Of a stretch of 64,000 bases of DNA, positions 13,041 to 26,699 are shown piece by piece; position 1 is the stretch's first letter, and each line of letters starts with the position of its first letter. The translations under genes and the position numbers were made by a program. The stretch is from the human T2T-CHM13v2.0 reference genome, Homo sapiens: the NCBI RefSeq assembly GCF_009914755.1, contig NC_060926.1; one strand, given 5' to 3'. Under the pieces are notes generated by a model. The model made no database searches and was not told where the DNA came from. It saw only the letters and a list, made by a program, of their open reading frames with translations.

Positions 13041-13512
13041 TTTTTTATTTTATTTTATTTTATTATTTTATTTTTCAGAGACAGGGTCTCTCCCTGTGGC
13101 CCGGGCTGGAGTATAATGGGTGATCATAGCTCACTGCAGCCTCAAACTGCTGGGCTCAAGCACTCCTCTCACTCTTAGCCTCCCAAGTAGCTAGAATTAC
13201 AGGAGTGTGCCACCATGCCAGGCTAATTTTGGTTTCGTTTTGTCTGTTGGGTTTTTTTTTGGTAGAGGTGGGGTCTCATTGTTGCCTGGGCTGGTCTCAA
13301 ACTTCTAGACTCAAGTGATCCTCCCACCTCAGCCTCTCAAACATCTGGGAGTATAGATGCACACCATCACGTCCAGTTAATTTTTTAACTTTTTTGTAGA
13401 GACGGGGTCTTACCATGCTGCCAAGGCTGGTGTCAAACTTCTTGGCTCAAGCCATCTTCCCACCTGTCTCCCAAAATGCTGGGATTATAGGGGTAAGCCA
13501 CCGTACCTGGCC
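13041..13512 (-). mobile_element. Three-monomer AluJ composite
   Basis: Right arm about 13076-13225, hybrid monomer about 13261-13380, left arm about 13396-13512. J-type gggctcaag and atagctcactgcagcctc. Confidence 0.88.
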
Positions 13513-13551
13513 CCTGGCCTCTTCTCTGTTTCATATAAAAACACCTAAATG

Positions 13552-13800
13552 AGCACTTTGGAAGGCCAAGACGGGTGGATCACTTGAGGTCAGGAGTTCG
13601 AGACCAGCCTGGCCAACATGGTGAAACCCCATCTCTACTAAAAATACAAAAGATTAGCCAGGTGTGGTGGCACGCGCCTGTAGTCCCAGCTACTCAGGAG
13701 TCTGAGGCATGAAAATCACTTGAACCCAGGAGGCAGAGGTCGCAGTGAGCTGAGACTGCGCCACTGCACTCCAGCCTAGGTGACAGAGTAAGACTGTCTC

Positions 13801-13846
<46 letters not shown>
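13552..13846 (+). mobile_element. 5'-truncated AluS with (CA)~21 tail and TSD
   Basis: Begins at agcactttgg. The tail is replaced by a CA repeat at 13804-13846. TSD aaaa(c)cacctaaatga at 13538-13552 and 13846-13861. Confidence 0.95.
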
Positions 13847-13849
<3 letters not shown>

Positions 13850-14139
13850 CCACCTAAATGATGTATTTAATGCATTTGGGATATTGGATGTAAGACATTT
13901 CCCAAGAAGAGGTAGTATTAATTACATATTTCACATTTGTACAAAATAGAAAGAAATATTATGAGGGGTAGGAATCAAAATGTAGGGAACTGGGCCTGTT
14001 CTGTGTTACCATAATTTTAGGACTTAATATAACATCATATACTAAATACGGGCACAACATGAAAACCAGTAACCAGAGGTCACAGAGTAGCCATTAGCAT
14101 AGAGTCTAGCCAACAGAGGAGATCAGGAAATCTTTCTGA

Positions 14140-14195
14140 GATGGATAGAGGATAGATGGATAGATGATTAGATGATGATTGGATGGATGGATGGA
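14140..14195. repeat. (GGAT/GATA)n degenerate microsatellite
   Basis: gatggatagaggatagatggatagatgattagatgatgattggatggatggatgg. Confidence 0.8.
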
Positions 14196-14364
14196 GTATC
14201 TTGTGAACACCCTTCAAGCTAGTAGTCATGAGACTATTGATAAACAAGAAGGAGCGGCATTCTCCATGGCATATTTTGATCTGAGCCCACCACTACCTTC
14301 CATCTATCATTGCAGTTGAACCAGAAAGGCCTGCCTCAGCAACAGGAGACCTTCTCTAAAGCAT

Positions 14365-14900
14365 GTTTTCATTAGGGCTTTCTCAGTTGCAAATGACAGA
14401 TCCCTACTTGTAATGGCTTAAGCCACAAACAACAAGTGTTGAAAGGATATTGGAATATCTCAGGGAATACGAGGATAGATGCAATTTAGTCTCAGAAACC
14501 ATTTAGAACAAGAACTAGAATCATGTAGGGAACCAGATTTTTCTTCTTTCTGTGCATCTGTTTGATTTTTTCCAGTGTATCTGCTCCATTTTCCTCTGCC
14601 ATATTGTAGAGTCATTCTTCCTATTTGCCAGAAAACTTTTTTTATAGCAGAAAACATTTTTTCAATGGTTCCTGAGTTCTGCATGATCCAAATCCTGGTA
14701 CCAAGAAAGAGTCAAAATTGACTCTTAGGACCCATTCCAAATTCCTGGGAAAAGAGCACATTGGCCCAATTTGGGTCAGCTCCCCACTGCTGGGCCAATT
14801 AACTATGGCAAGGAGTTAGAATTATGCTGTGTGCTCTCTTGGCAACCATGAGAATGGGAGTGGAAAGGAAAACATTCTAGAAAGATAGGTGAGCTGATCA
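14365..14900 (-). mobile_element. Old MLT1-type MaLR LTR
   Basis: ttagggctttctcagttgcaaatgacaga...ggcttaagc...ttgaaaggatattgg and cattggcccaatttgggtcag...ggccaattaactatggc. Boundaries approximate. Confidence 0.6.
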
Positions 14901-15571
14901 ACCAAATCCCTACAAATAGATTGGCACCACTGGCAAAATTCTTGAGCAGCCCTGGAAAAAATTGTGACATATGACTCTTCTTCATCTTCCATTATTTCTG
15001 CACCCACTCTCAGCCCACACACAAACCTCTGCCATCAAGCATCCAAGGATTTCAAGCAATCCAAAGCTGCTTTACTTTGAGACCCAATCCACGTGTACAT
15101 CCCCACCCAAACTCCACCTTTTCCTTCACAACGTAGAGTTTTCAGGATTCAACTAAAGCCTCAGTTACCTCGTTGGCCCCCCAGGAACTTTGAAAATAAT
15201 CTCAGCATGCAGGCCTGATGGATAAAGAGGAAGTAGTGTCCGGCATGCATGGGGGAGACAGGAGCCAGAGGTCACTCTGTGTTCAAGATATAGACATAAC
15301 TCACGCCCACAGAAGACAGTCTTCACAGGGTCCTTCTCTAATGTTCCATCATTAAAATGAGTCAGCTTCTCTGTGTATGTGTCTCTGTGTTTCTTTAGAT
15401 TTTTCCGCTTCTGCTCCTAAACCACTGCCCACCTCTCCTGTTTAAATTCCTGATCGACCCAATATCCCTTTGTGATCAGAGGTCAGCTTACACACTGGCT
15501 GGATTGGAGCCATGGGATCAGCCCCTGCAGTCCAGTTAGCTATGTTCAAAAGACAGAGTCATGCGCTATAA

Positions 15572-15738
15572 ACTTTTGCTACTCCAGATTTGTTTGTGGA
15601 CCAGCAGCAACCACATCACCTGAAAGCTTATTAGAAATGCAGATTCTCAGGTCCCGTGCAGAACCTACTGATTCAGAAACAACATTTTAGAAGTTCCCCT
15701 AGGTCATTTGTAGATTCATCAAAGTTTGCAAAGTGCTG
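15572..15738. mobile_element. MER5A
   Basis: ggaccagcagcaaccacatcacctgaaagcttattagaaatgcagattctcagg...aaagtttgcaaagtgctg. Confidence 0.85.
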
Positions 15739-16063
15739 GTTTAGAATACGTCCCTTCAAGCTGGAAACTGCCTGGGCTGCTTCACAAGCATGGAGCCAGG
15801 AACAGTGCTAAAATCCCTGCCTCTTGTCAAGCCCAAGTCCACTAATCCCATTGATAACGGTATTGTCTACTCCTCCTTTTAGAGCCATTTATGCCTTTTT
15901 TATAATTAAACTCTAGAAAATCACAAAATCTGCAAAAAGGGAAGGATCTATTGGTGATATTTCAGGCACTGTTAATAGGGTAAAAAAGTGAGAATTGTTT
16001 ATTTGTTTTGGAAAAGTTTGTGGGGGTGTTATGTTTTGTTTTGTTTTAAAATACAGTCCTTTG

Positions 16064-16701
<638 letters not shown>

Positions 16702-16761
16702 CCTGCAATCAGTTTCTTACCTTAAAACATCATTGCCAATTCCCTACCGAAAGAGTCTTCT

Positions 16762-16890
16762 AAGATCTTCTGTCCAACCTCCTCATTTTACAGATGTGGG
16801 AAACTAAGGCCAGAAGAGAGAGATACTGACAAAAGGTCAAAGAGGTGATTTAAGCTTCAGCTGATGCCAGATCCCAGGGATCCCGGCTTC
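16762..16890 (-). mobile_element. MIR/MIR3
   Basis: gtccaacctcctcattttacagatgtgggaaactaaggcc. Confidence 0.75.
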
Positions 16891-17829
16891 TATTTGAGGG
16901 TTTCCTTCACTAAATAGAGCTTCCAGAGGAGAGTCACTCCTGCATGTGCGCCTGTTGGGTTGAGGCAGGAGGGCACAGGGAAGTACTTCTGAGATAACAT
17001 GTTGCTGGTGAGAAGTGGAGACAAATATTTGCCAAATTTTGGATGAGGACCTGGAATCCAAGAGTCTGCCCCACACGCAGTCTTTCGTAATATGGATGCC
17101 ACAGGACCTTCCAGAACATTCTGAAAAAGCTTTTAAGGAAACAGCAACTACAAAACATGAAAATAACTGCCCCCAGCTGCTCTTGGGGTCACTGTATTCT
17201 GACTGCAGCTGTGGAGAATTGTTGAATTCCATTCTTCATGTTGCCCTAAAAGCATTTCAAAGAGATTCAGAGAAAGCTGGGTGCACTTTGGTAAACTGAA
17301 AACTATTTGTGACAAACCAACCATCACCATCTCTCCACATTTACCATCAGAAAGAGGCAGGGGCCATAGGGGCAGAAGGCCAGACCCAAGTCAGAGAGGG
17401 ACGCTCACATTTCCAGTTGCCCCTGCCTTTCTGGACAACCCTAGAATAATGCATGTCCCTTTGTGTCCTTACCAAGGATATTTTAGAAGAGAACAGAAAG
17501 ATGAAAAAGCTGCAAACATTTCTGTTTGCCATACACCTGCTTCTCAAGAATTGTAAGAATCTGTGAAGTTAAAATAGAAAGTTCTTCCTGTGAACATTAT
17601 TTCATAAATGTTAATTATGACACCGTATTTGCTTTAATACCTGCCCGCTATAATTACCTCCAAGCTGTAGACATTTGTTAAGAATCATTGTTATTTGACT
17701 ACTTTTTCTGATTATTCAGTCTTCTTATGTGGAAATATTAATATTACTGCAATCCTTCCTCATATTTGTAGAATGCATTTCTTGGAAGAGGAGAGTAGTG
17801 AGGAAGAAAGGAAGATGATAATGTTTAAC

Positions 17830-18168
17830 AACAAAAAAGCCAGAATTTATTACTCCATTAATATCAAGTTCAAAACTAGGCAAGACAAAAGTGTAATGTT
17901 TAGGGCTGACTGCTAAGGTGACAAGCCAGGAAGTGATTGCCACAAAGCTCAGGAGAGGGGTTAATTTTCCAGGGAGCTGGAGAGGACAGTGATAGGTAGA
18001 AGCATGAGGCAGTAAATGAAACTTTGAAGTACAGGTCATGTTCTATTTCTTGACCTGGGTGGCAGTTATGTGAGCATTTATTTTGTGGTCCATTTTTGAA
18101 TAATGAGATTTTGGTTTGTGCACCTTTTCATTTGTTAGTTTATTTCACAATAAATACCATTAAAAAAA
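17830..18168 (+). mobile_element. L1ME3/4-like 3' UTR fragment
   Basis: caagttcaaaactaggcaagac...atgttctatttcttgacctgggtggcagttatgtgag...tatttcacaataaa. Confidence 0.75.
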
Positions 18169-19142
18169 TGGAAGGATATATCTCAGCCACTAGCCCCTTC
18201 TCTTATATGAAACCATATTTGATCGTTTCCCCTGTCAAGTTCCCAGTGAAAGGGACAACTCAAAGAAAGGCATTCTGATGCCTATTTGCACAAGCTAGTC
18301 TCATGAAGTGCCCCCCAAGTATTTTTTAAAGCAAGAAGACCCTTCAAAGAGACACTTATAAGGAGGTAGCAGTATATAAAACACACAAGTGGAGCTATGC
18401 TGTTATAATCAATTGCAGGCCTGGGCCCACCCATCCTGGTTCCTCTTCCAACTCTACTGTATCCCCAAAGGCATTTTTGTGGGCTCTCTTGGGTTCTTTA
18501 GAATACAGTTTAAAACCCCAGATCTAATGAATACCCAGTCGTTACCTACAAATAACCTAGAGGCCAGGAAAGCAGTCAGGGGAACTGGGACACGGGACAG
18601 ATAAGTCTTAATGTGAGAATTAAGGTCAGGAACATTTATGTGTCAGGTGGTGAGGGACTTGGTGTGGGACTCAGAGCAGCTGGAGAGCACTGGGTGCCAG
18701 CCACTGGGTGAGGGCTGGTGTGCTGAACAGAGACCAATGCCTGAGTCTAAGCTGTGCAAATGAGCGTGAAAATGTGTCCAGTCAGTTAAAGTGAACACAG
18801 CTCCCAGAGGTCCCTGAGGAGTCCTGCTAATGGTGGGCGTGGCAGGCACCACAGAAGGCCTATAGGGAAAAACTTGGGGTCACGCAGACCTTTTTGTAGC
18901 TTTCAAATAACAAGTAAACAATGTCCGTCCCATGTCCCAGTGAAACTGAAAAAACAAAATAGCTGTGATTTTTCAGTAGGGCACGTCCTAGAGAAGAAGC
19001 TCTGCCGTTACAAGGTCGACACTCTCCTTCCCTCCCCTCTCCTTTACTGAAATGAAACTAAGAGAGATTTTTTTAAATGTATTAAGTGGTCCTCTACCAT
19101 TCTCCAAGCAGAAGAGAAAGAGGGATGTTTCACGTCGGCCTT

Positions 19143-19514
19143 TGTTTCAGTCTGTTCAGGCTGCTACAGCAAAATACCATAGACTGGGTAGCTTCTACAC
19201 AACAGAAATTTCTCATAGTTTTGGAGGCTGGAAGTCCAAGATCAAGGTGCCAGCATTTCTGGTGTCTATGAGGCCCATTTCCTGGTTCTCTCTGTGCCTT
19301 CACATGGTAGAAGGAGTGAGCTAGCACTCTGGGGTCTCTTTTATAAGGGGACTAATCCCATTCATGTGGGCTCTACCCTCAGGACCTAATTATCTCCCAA
19401 TGGCCTCAGGACCTAATTATCTCCCAACGGGCCTCAGCACCTTATACCATTACATTGGGGGTTAAGATTTCAACATATGAATTTGAGAGAGACACAGACA
19501 TTCACACCACAGCA
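19143..19514 (-). mobile_element. MLT1A-type MaLR solo LTR
   Basis: tgtttcagtctgttcaggctgctacagcaaaataccatagactggg...ggaagtccaagatcaaggtgccagca...atttcaacatatgaattt...cacagca. Confidence 0.92.
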
Positions 19515-20110
19515 ATCTTTAAGCTAGAAGGCTTTTCAAACCAGATATCTCCACACTGAAAATTCTTGTTGCTTTGGGCTGGGCTCAGTTTTGTTTTGTT
19601 TGGATTTTCTCAAATCAAGAAAGGCCAAGCAGGAAAAGGTGAGCACACCTGCTCAGCTCTCCAGATCACAGGCAAGCATTTTTCCAGTCCATCCATCCCC
19701 AACCCCACACCACCCAACCAGTACACCTCTAATCAGCTCTGAGGGCGGGTGCTCTTCTCCACCTGCTAATAACTTCTGGTGGCTGAATGTAGGGTGGGCC
19801 CATGTACAGTATTTGGAAAACATAAGTGCTCAATAAATATTATGTAGCAGTAGTAACAGTAGTAGGAGTGGTATTTGTAAGGAGCCATTGAACTGCTAAG
19901 CTTCCCTGGAGCCCTCCAGCCTGCCCTATTAACAATGAGAATATGGGTAGGAATTGCTGCAATCCCTGGGAAACACAGTATTGAGAGCAGAGGACTTACT
20001 AAATCTGTAAGTAAATCACATGGTATTTGAGGATCCATAAAGTGTTACAGTTGATAAGTACCATGCTGGCCTCTGTCTGATGTGAAGCCAGTTAGGAATC
20101 AGAAGCCCCT

Positions 20111-20593
<483 letters not shown>

Positions 20594-20835
20594 GGCCCAT
20601 TCCCACCAGGAACCAGCAGCATGGACTCTCTAACCAGAAACCTAAAGCTAGGCCTGGTTTTCCTATTTGCCTTTTAGCCTGAAGATCATAAAGGTGTCTA
20701 TCTTCTTACTTGATCATTTTTCCAGTTTATTTATTTTTTCTTCTTTCTGTTACAATTCCCCAGATCACCCCCCGCCCCCAAACAATACTATTAGCAATCC
20801 CTTAGTGAACCTTGCCTAAAATAGTACATGATTAA

Positions 20836-20950
20836 ATAGATGGATGGATAGATAGGTGCTAGATAGATACATAGATAATAGATACATAGATGATAGGTGG
20901 AGAGAGATGATACACACATACATGCATACATATATGCATACATAGACAAT
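20836..20950. repeat. (GATA)n / (TACA)n compound microsatellite
   Basis: tagatggatggatagataggtgctagatagatacatagataatagatacatagat... Confidence 0.8.
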
Positions 20951-20959
20951 AGGTTGATA

Positions 20960-21080
20960 AATTTATTTTTACCTAAATGGGGGCATGCTATGCATACTGG
21001 CCTGCCCCATTGCTTTTTATCCTTAACAATGTATCTTGGAGATTATGTCATAAGAGCACATGTAAATCCACCTCCCCTTT
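20960..21080 (-). mobile_element. Old L1 3' fragment
   Basis: aaatgggggcatgctatgcatactg...cttaacaatgtatcttggagat. Confidence 0.55.
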
Positions 21081-21229
21081 TCTCCCCCTAATTTACTTTG
21101 TGACTCATTCCCCTCCTTAGTGGAACTTCGCTAGATGAATTTCACTTACATCTTTCTCTCATACACTTCCCCTGCATCCTGATCTTCTTCCTTTTAAAGC
21201 TCATCGCACTCTGCGATGAGAAGCAGTCA

Positions 21230-21790
21230 TGTGATGCTGACACTTGCTACATGCCAGGCAACATTTTAAGATTTTGTATTAACTCATTTAACCTTTGCAG
21301 TGATCCCATAAGGTAGATACCAGTAGGGTCTGTGACCTTCCAAGGGCCACACAGCTAGAAGTAACAGACTGGATTCAAACCCAGGCACTGTGGCACCAGA
21401 GTCCCTGCTTCTTGTCACTGTGCTATGCTTCCCTCAGTACTGCTCTGATGCAGTAAGTACTCGATGTCTTTCTCACCAGACCAGACGGTAAGGGGTTGTT
21501 GACATTGTCCACTATCAAATCCCCTAACAGGCGTTGCATAAATATTTGGAATTGAATGCCAGTAATGATACCACATTCTAGAGGCTCCCTACTATGGGTC
21601 ACTGTGCTAAGCATTCCACATATATTATCTCACTTAACCCAGCAACTCCAGGAAATCCTTTACCCATAATTATCCAAATCTTACAGATGAGGAAAATGAA
21701 GAGGTATTATACCTAGTAAATTAGAGAGGCAGAGTTGAACCCAGGTCCATTTGAATTTAAAGCATGCACTTAACCTCTACACCAGACCAG
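21230..21790 (-). mobile_element. MIR - L2 - MIR cluster
   Basis: MIR cores at about 21230-21430 (caagggccacacagctagaagt...ggattcaaacccagg) and 21565-21785 (ttacagatgaggaaaatgaag). A plus-oriented L2 tail lies between them (cataaatatttggaattgaatg). Confidence 0.7.
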
Positions 21791-22872
21791 CCACTCTCTC
21801 TGAGAGCCACCAACATCCTCCCCTCCTGGAATCCCACCTTCACAGGATGCTGAACACCCAGAACCAGCTCTAGAGCAAAAGCTCCTGCAGCAAACTTGCT
21901 ACAGTTCCTACTATTCTAGAAAAAAAGGTGCCAAAGTTGTTATTATTATTAAAGAAGTGTCTCTCCCTACCCAGAGCTGCATTAGCACCCAAGGCAGTTA
22001 AATTGTAGTGCATCATAAGGCACCAAATATCATCTCAATTGTCACAACACATTCATGTGCTTGAAAAGTGAAAAGGGTACAAGCTTGCCACTCAGCCAGT
22101 CTTAGTACTTAATGTCTTGAAATTGGCGAAGAGAGGAAAATCCTAGAAAGACTTTCTTTGGGGTAAAGCTAACTGGCACACATTTACTGCAAATCCAATA
22201 GACTAGTTTCCCCATCTAACATAATTTATCTTGAAACACCACAGGTGGCCTATATTAAGAACAGCACTGGCCCTGCCACAGGACTGGCAACGCCACGGTC
22301 TCACACTGCCCTCTGCAGCCTGGCTGCAGTCTTCACAATGCTCCCTCAACCTGCCCAACTGTCACAGCTTGGGATGTCGTACACATACCTCCAGTCCTTC
22401 AGGTAGAATCACTACCTACCTTTAGTCTAGAGACCAAAAATAAAATACCACTTAACTTGGTGCTTACACAGGTACATTTACAGCCATGATTCTTCCCTCT
22501 AGGGCTGGTGTGTGTGAAAAGCACACCTTTGGGGGCTCATTCATAACACTCTTTTCCAATAAGAGGATTAAATTAGGAAGACATTTACCCAGATTGGTCT
22601 CATTTACTCACCCTAGTCTCTCCCTGAAGCCCCTTCTTTCTACAATACAGTATGCAACCCCTAAGGAGAAGGCAGGTGCCATCGAGGTCAAAAATACATT
22701 GGGTGAAGAGCAAAATAATCCAAAGGAAAGAAAGACAATGCTCTGCAGACTAAACCTATTATCCAAGAAGAAAAATCTTTAACAGATGTATATGCTGAAA
22801 GAAGACCAAATATCTGTCCTAAAACCCAAAATACATACATTCATGAAGACTGTTTTAAAATCTTTTATCTAG

Positions 22873-22990
22873 GATATATTTTAATATATTTGTATATATA
22901 TGCAAATGTGTATATACATATGTTTATGTTGTGTATGTGTATATGTATGTGTACGTATATGTGTAGGTTTATGTGTGTATATGTATATAT
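22873..22990. repeat. (TA)/(TG)/(TATG) compound microsatellite
   Basis: tgtatatatatgcaaatgtgtatatacatatgtttatgttgtgtatgtgtatatgtatgtg... Confidence 0.85.
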
Positions 22991-23063
22991 TCTCCTAGAA
23001 AACCTCTTAGGTTGGCTGGAAACGAGCTATCTTTGTATTTCGACATGCAAGAAAGGTAGTATG

Positions 23064-23414
<351 letters not shown>

Positions 23415-25567
23415 TTACCACCAACATGCCAGATATTCTTATAAATGTCCTATCCTCCATACCACCCTCACTCTCCACAGACACAGACACACACACACCC
23501 CTTGTACATGCCTGCATTGCATTCTGCAAGGCCGTCTGTGAGAGAGCTTTTCTGGGAAACCACCTTTAAACCACAGGCAAACAACCAGTTCCACACCATT
23601 CCATGTCAGGTTGTCAGGCACTTTCTTAACTGAGCTTTTAATCCAAAGTTGTTTTTTTTTTTCTTTTTTCACTACAAAGTTAGAAGAAAAACAAATGAGA
23701 GTCTGCTGGGGGTTGGGAGGAGATCTTCACCTGGAAGAAGAGAGAAGACAATGCCCAAGTTTGCAACCTTCAGGGATGGGGTCAAAAGGGGCCTATGAAA
23801 GGGTGGGAAATATTCCAGAGTTGCGGATCAAGGGAGGGCTCCCGTCAGTATCCAAGGCTCTTCAATCTCTGTCCAAAACCAATGTCTCATCCTCTCAAGC
23901 TTTCAAGCTCCAACCCAGGTCTCCCCAGCACAGCTACACTGTTTCCTGGACTCCTCTCCCTTCTCTAGCATCCACTTGTGCATTCCCCAGCCCTTCCTGT
24001 CCTTCAAGATGTAGCCAAAACCCCTCTTTAGTGAAGATTTGGGTGACCACTCCAGCAAGATCTGTTCTGCCTGCGGGCAGTCCTTGTTTGCCTTTTGCTG
24101 CACCCATGGAGATCGCACTGTCTAGGGAGCTCTCATAGGCATGCCCTTCATCTCACTAACTAGACTGCATGTTGCCTGAGGCTGGGCATTGGGTACTTCA
24201 CGTGCTGACTGCTTGGTTCCCTGGCTCATGCTGGCTGGGTCAGCCGGGGCTCCACGGAGCAGCCGCAGATCTACTCTGAGTAGCGATCATCATGTCCAGC
24301 ACAATTCCAGGCATTTTCTGGGCACTTGGTACACTTTAATTAAATGAATGAACAAAACAAAACACTGGCAGGAAAAAAAACGGAGAGTGACTGCCTGAGG
24401 TCCAATATGCTAGGAAATATGTCAGTCCACTGATAAACTCCAGCTACTCAGCAAAGGGAAAAGATACTGAGAGGCCAATTTAAAATGATTTGATAGCTTT
24501 GCCCATTGCTCCTTATTGTACAATCACAGTCATAAAGTTAGTCCAATCGTTTGTAATCTAAACACACACATGCACACACAATCACTCCATTGGCAGAAAC
24601 AGATCTGTCTGGAGTTTCCAAAATGTCAGTACCTCCCCACGTTACCAGAATCTTCAAAGCTCCCAAGGGAGAGGCATTGGAGAAAGGATGTTTTTTCAGA
24701 GTCAGATCTTTTAGTAGGACAATACCACCCAGTAGGTTAAGAGAGGGCACGATTTACAATTTATTCCAAATAATGAAGTCTGTGCCCTTTGTTTCCCAAT
24801 AGGAAAGCCTTCCTCTGATTCTAAGGACATTCCACTCTCACCTTCCAATGTTCCCCTTTCTATTCCGATTTAAAAGCAAATAAACAAATAGAAGCAAAGA
24901 AAAGAAAGGAAAAATAAAAGACCACTAATAGCCCATGATGTCCAGCCAGGTTTTCCAAACATCCTCTGGAGAGCGTCCATTTTAGGGACGAGATTCTAGT
25001 TTGCCTCAGCTCTTCAGCATTCACGCTACCTTTAGAGGGAAAGTCCTAGGACACAGGTGAGAAGGTATGGGGCCTTTCAGGGTTTTCTTGGATTTCTGTT
25101 TTAATTTTGTCAAAGAAGACCAAAGAGCCCTGGAAATTTTACCCTCTGCCTCCCATTAACCACACATATTTATCCAGAGCTGCAGGAGGAGCCGTTCTAT
25201 TCATTTTGCCCTTTGGGTCAATTGATGGATATGGTCACCCAAGGTCTTAGATTAAAGCATCGTGTCAGATCATCCAAACTGTCCAGCACTTGGAGCAGCT
25301 GCAATAAGCTACTTTTTAGAGTGTCAATAATTTAAAGGGGAAAAATGTTTTTCAGAGAGATTCCATTGCTTCAGAATCATAAATGGAATTATACCATGTT
25401 TCAACCTGACAGCCCCACATGTCAGCAGGAGAGAACAGCTAAAACTTTTGTCAACATCCAAATCCATTATTTTATTATTAAGCTACATGGATTTGCACCT
25501 CACCAAGGGATATCTATTCCCAATTCCATTTGTTCTAGGCTGTATTAGTAACCAAGTTAGCACATTC

Positions 25568-25742
25568 AGAAAGAAAGAGAGAAAGACAAAGAGACCGAGA
25601 CAGAGAGAGTGAGGAAGGAAGGAAGGAAGGAAGGAAGGAAGGAAGGAAGGAAGGAAAGAAGGAAGGAAGGGAGGGAGGGAGGAAGGGAGGGAGGGAGGGA
25701 GGGAGGGAGGGAGGGAGGAGGGAAAGAAAGAGGGGAGAGAGA
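25568..25742 (+). repeat. Polypurine tract including (GGAA)11 and (GGGA)n
   Basis: 11 consecutive GGAA at 25613-25656, then agaa(ggaa)2 and ggga repeats. Confidence 0.95.
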
Positions 25743-25885
25743 TTTATTACAAGAATTCTTGTAGGGTGGGGTGTCTCTCCAAATTCAAAGCCAAAAATAT
25801 GCAGCCAGACTTGAGAAATGGCTGAATGACTGAAACTACGGGAAGGAAAATAATTAGAAACCCAGGAAACAATTTTTCTGCTGCA

Positions 25886-26096
25886 TTCTCTCTCCCTCCC
25901 TCCCTCTCTTTCCCTCCCTCTCTCCCTTTCTTTCTCTCTCTTCCTTTCTCTTTCTTGCCTTTCTCCCTTTCTCTCTCCTCTCTCCCTTTTCTCTCTCTCC
26001 TGTCTCCTTCTCTCCCTTTCTCTCTCCTTTCCTCTCTCCCCCCACCTCTTCCTCTCCTCCACCTCCCCATTCTCCCACCTCTCTTCCTCTATCTCT
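25886..26096 (+). repeat. About 210-bp polypyrimidine (CT-rich) tract
   Basis: Almost purely C/T: tctctctccctccctccctctctttccctccc... Confidence 0.95.
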
Positions 26097-26699
26097 ATGA
26101 CAGCACATGGCTCAGTCTGTTCCAAGTGTCCACACATGGTCCCATCAGACATGGGTTGGAGAGTGGGGTCACAGTCATGTGCCCAAACACGGCCATTACT
26201 CTCACAGATTGAGAAGTTCTGGCCATCGAACTGAGCAGACTTCTGAAAAGATACTGACCACATTAACAATTTCAAGCTATTGGAGGATGAGGACATAGTA
26301 TATAAATTAGAAATTACTCTACAACTAAGGGTATCTTACCCATATCTAGACCATGGCAATTAGGAATTTATTCAATGTATTACACATTGAAACATTATAA
26401 TGGTGACTACAAGTTGCATTTAACATATGAATATATCCCAGAATCAGCCTTATAAGAAGGAGCAGGTAATATTTGTGTGGAGATATTTGAGGGAGCCCAT
26501 GAACGGGAAAGGATTGTCCTGAACAAATAAGAAGGGCTAGAGGGGAGTGAAAGTGCGAAGAAACCACTATAAAAGGAGGTAACCGTCATAGTCTGAAAAG
26601 TAAGCTACTTTATTTTAAAATCCTTCTGGGAAACTACCATGCTATTATGTGTCAAAAAGCCGTAAGTAATCATAGCCTGCAGATTTATCTCAATATTTC

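Noticed and set aside
23611-24138. 175-aa ORF in non-repeat DNA
   Set aside because: TTG start, S/P/L-rich, no recognisable domain or exon structure.
26205-26241. Possible 37-nt minus-strand exon (KSAQFDGQNFSI)
   Set aside because: Weak donor and short pyrimidine tract, not frame-preserving, peptide unrecognised.
25535-26296. Longest ORF (253 aa, minus strand) and overlapping ORFs
   Set aside because: Open only because the GA/CT low-complexity tracts lack stops. The E/R/G and P/S/L/F runs are microsatellite translations.
26568-26575. Consensus TATAAAAG
   Set aside because: Isolated 8-mer with no CpG enrichment or downstream exon evidence; expected by chance in 64 kb.
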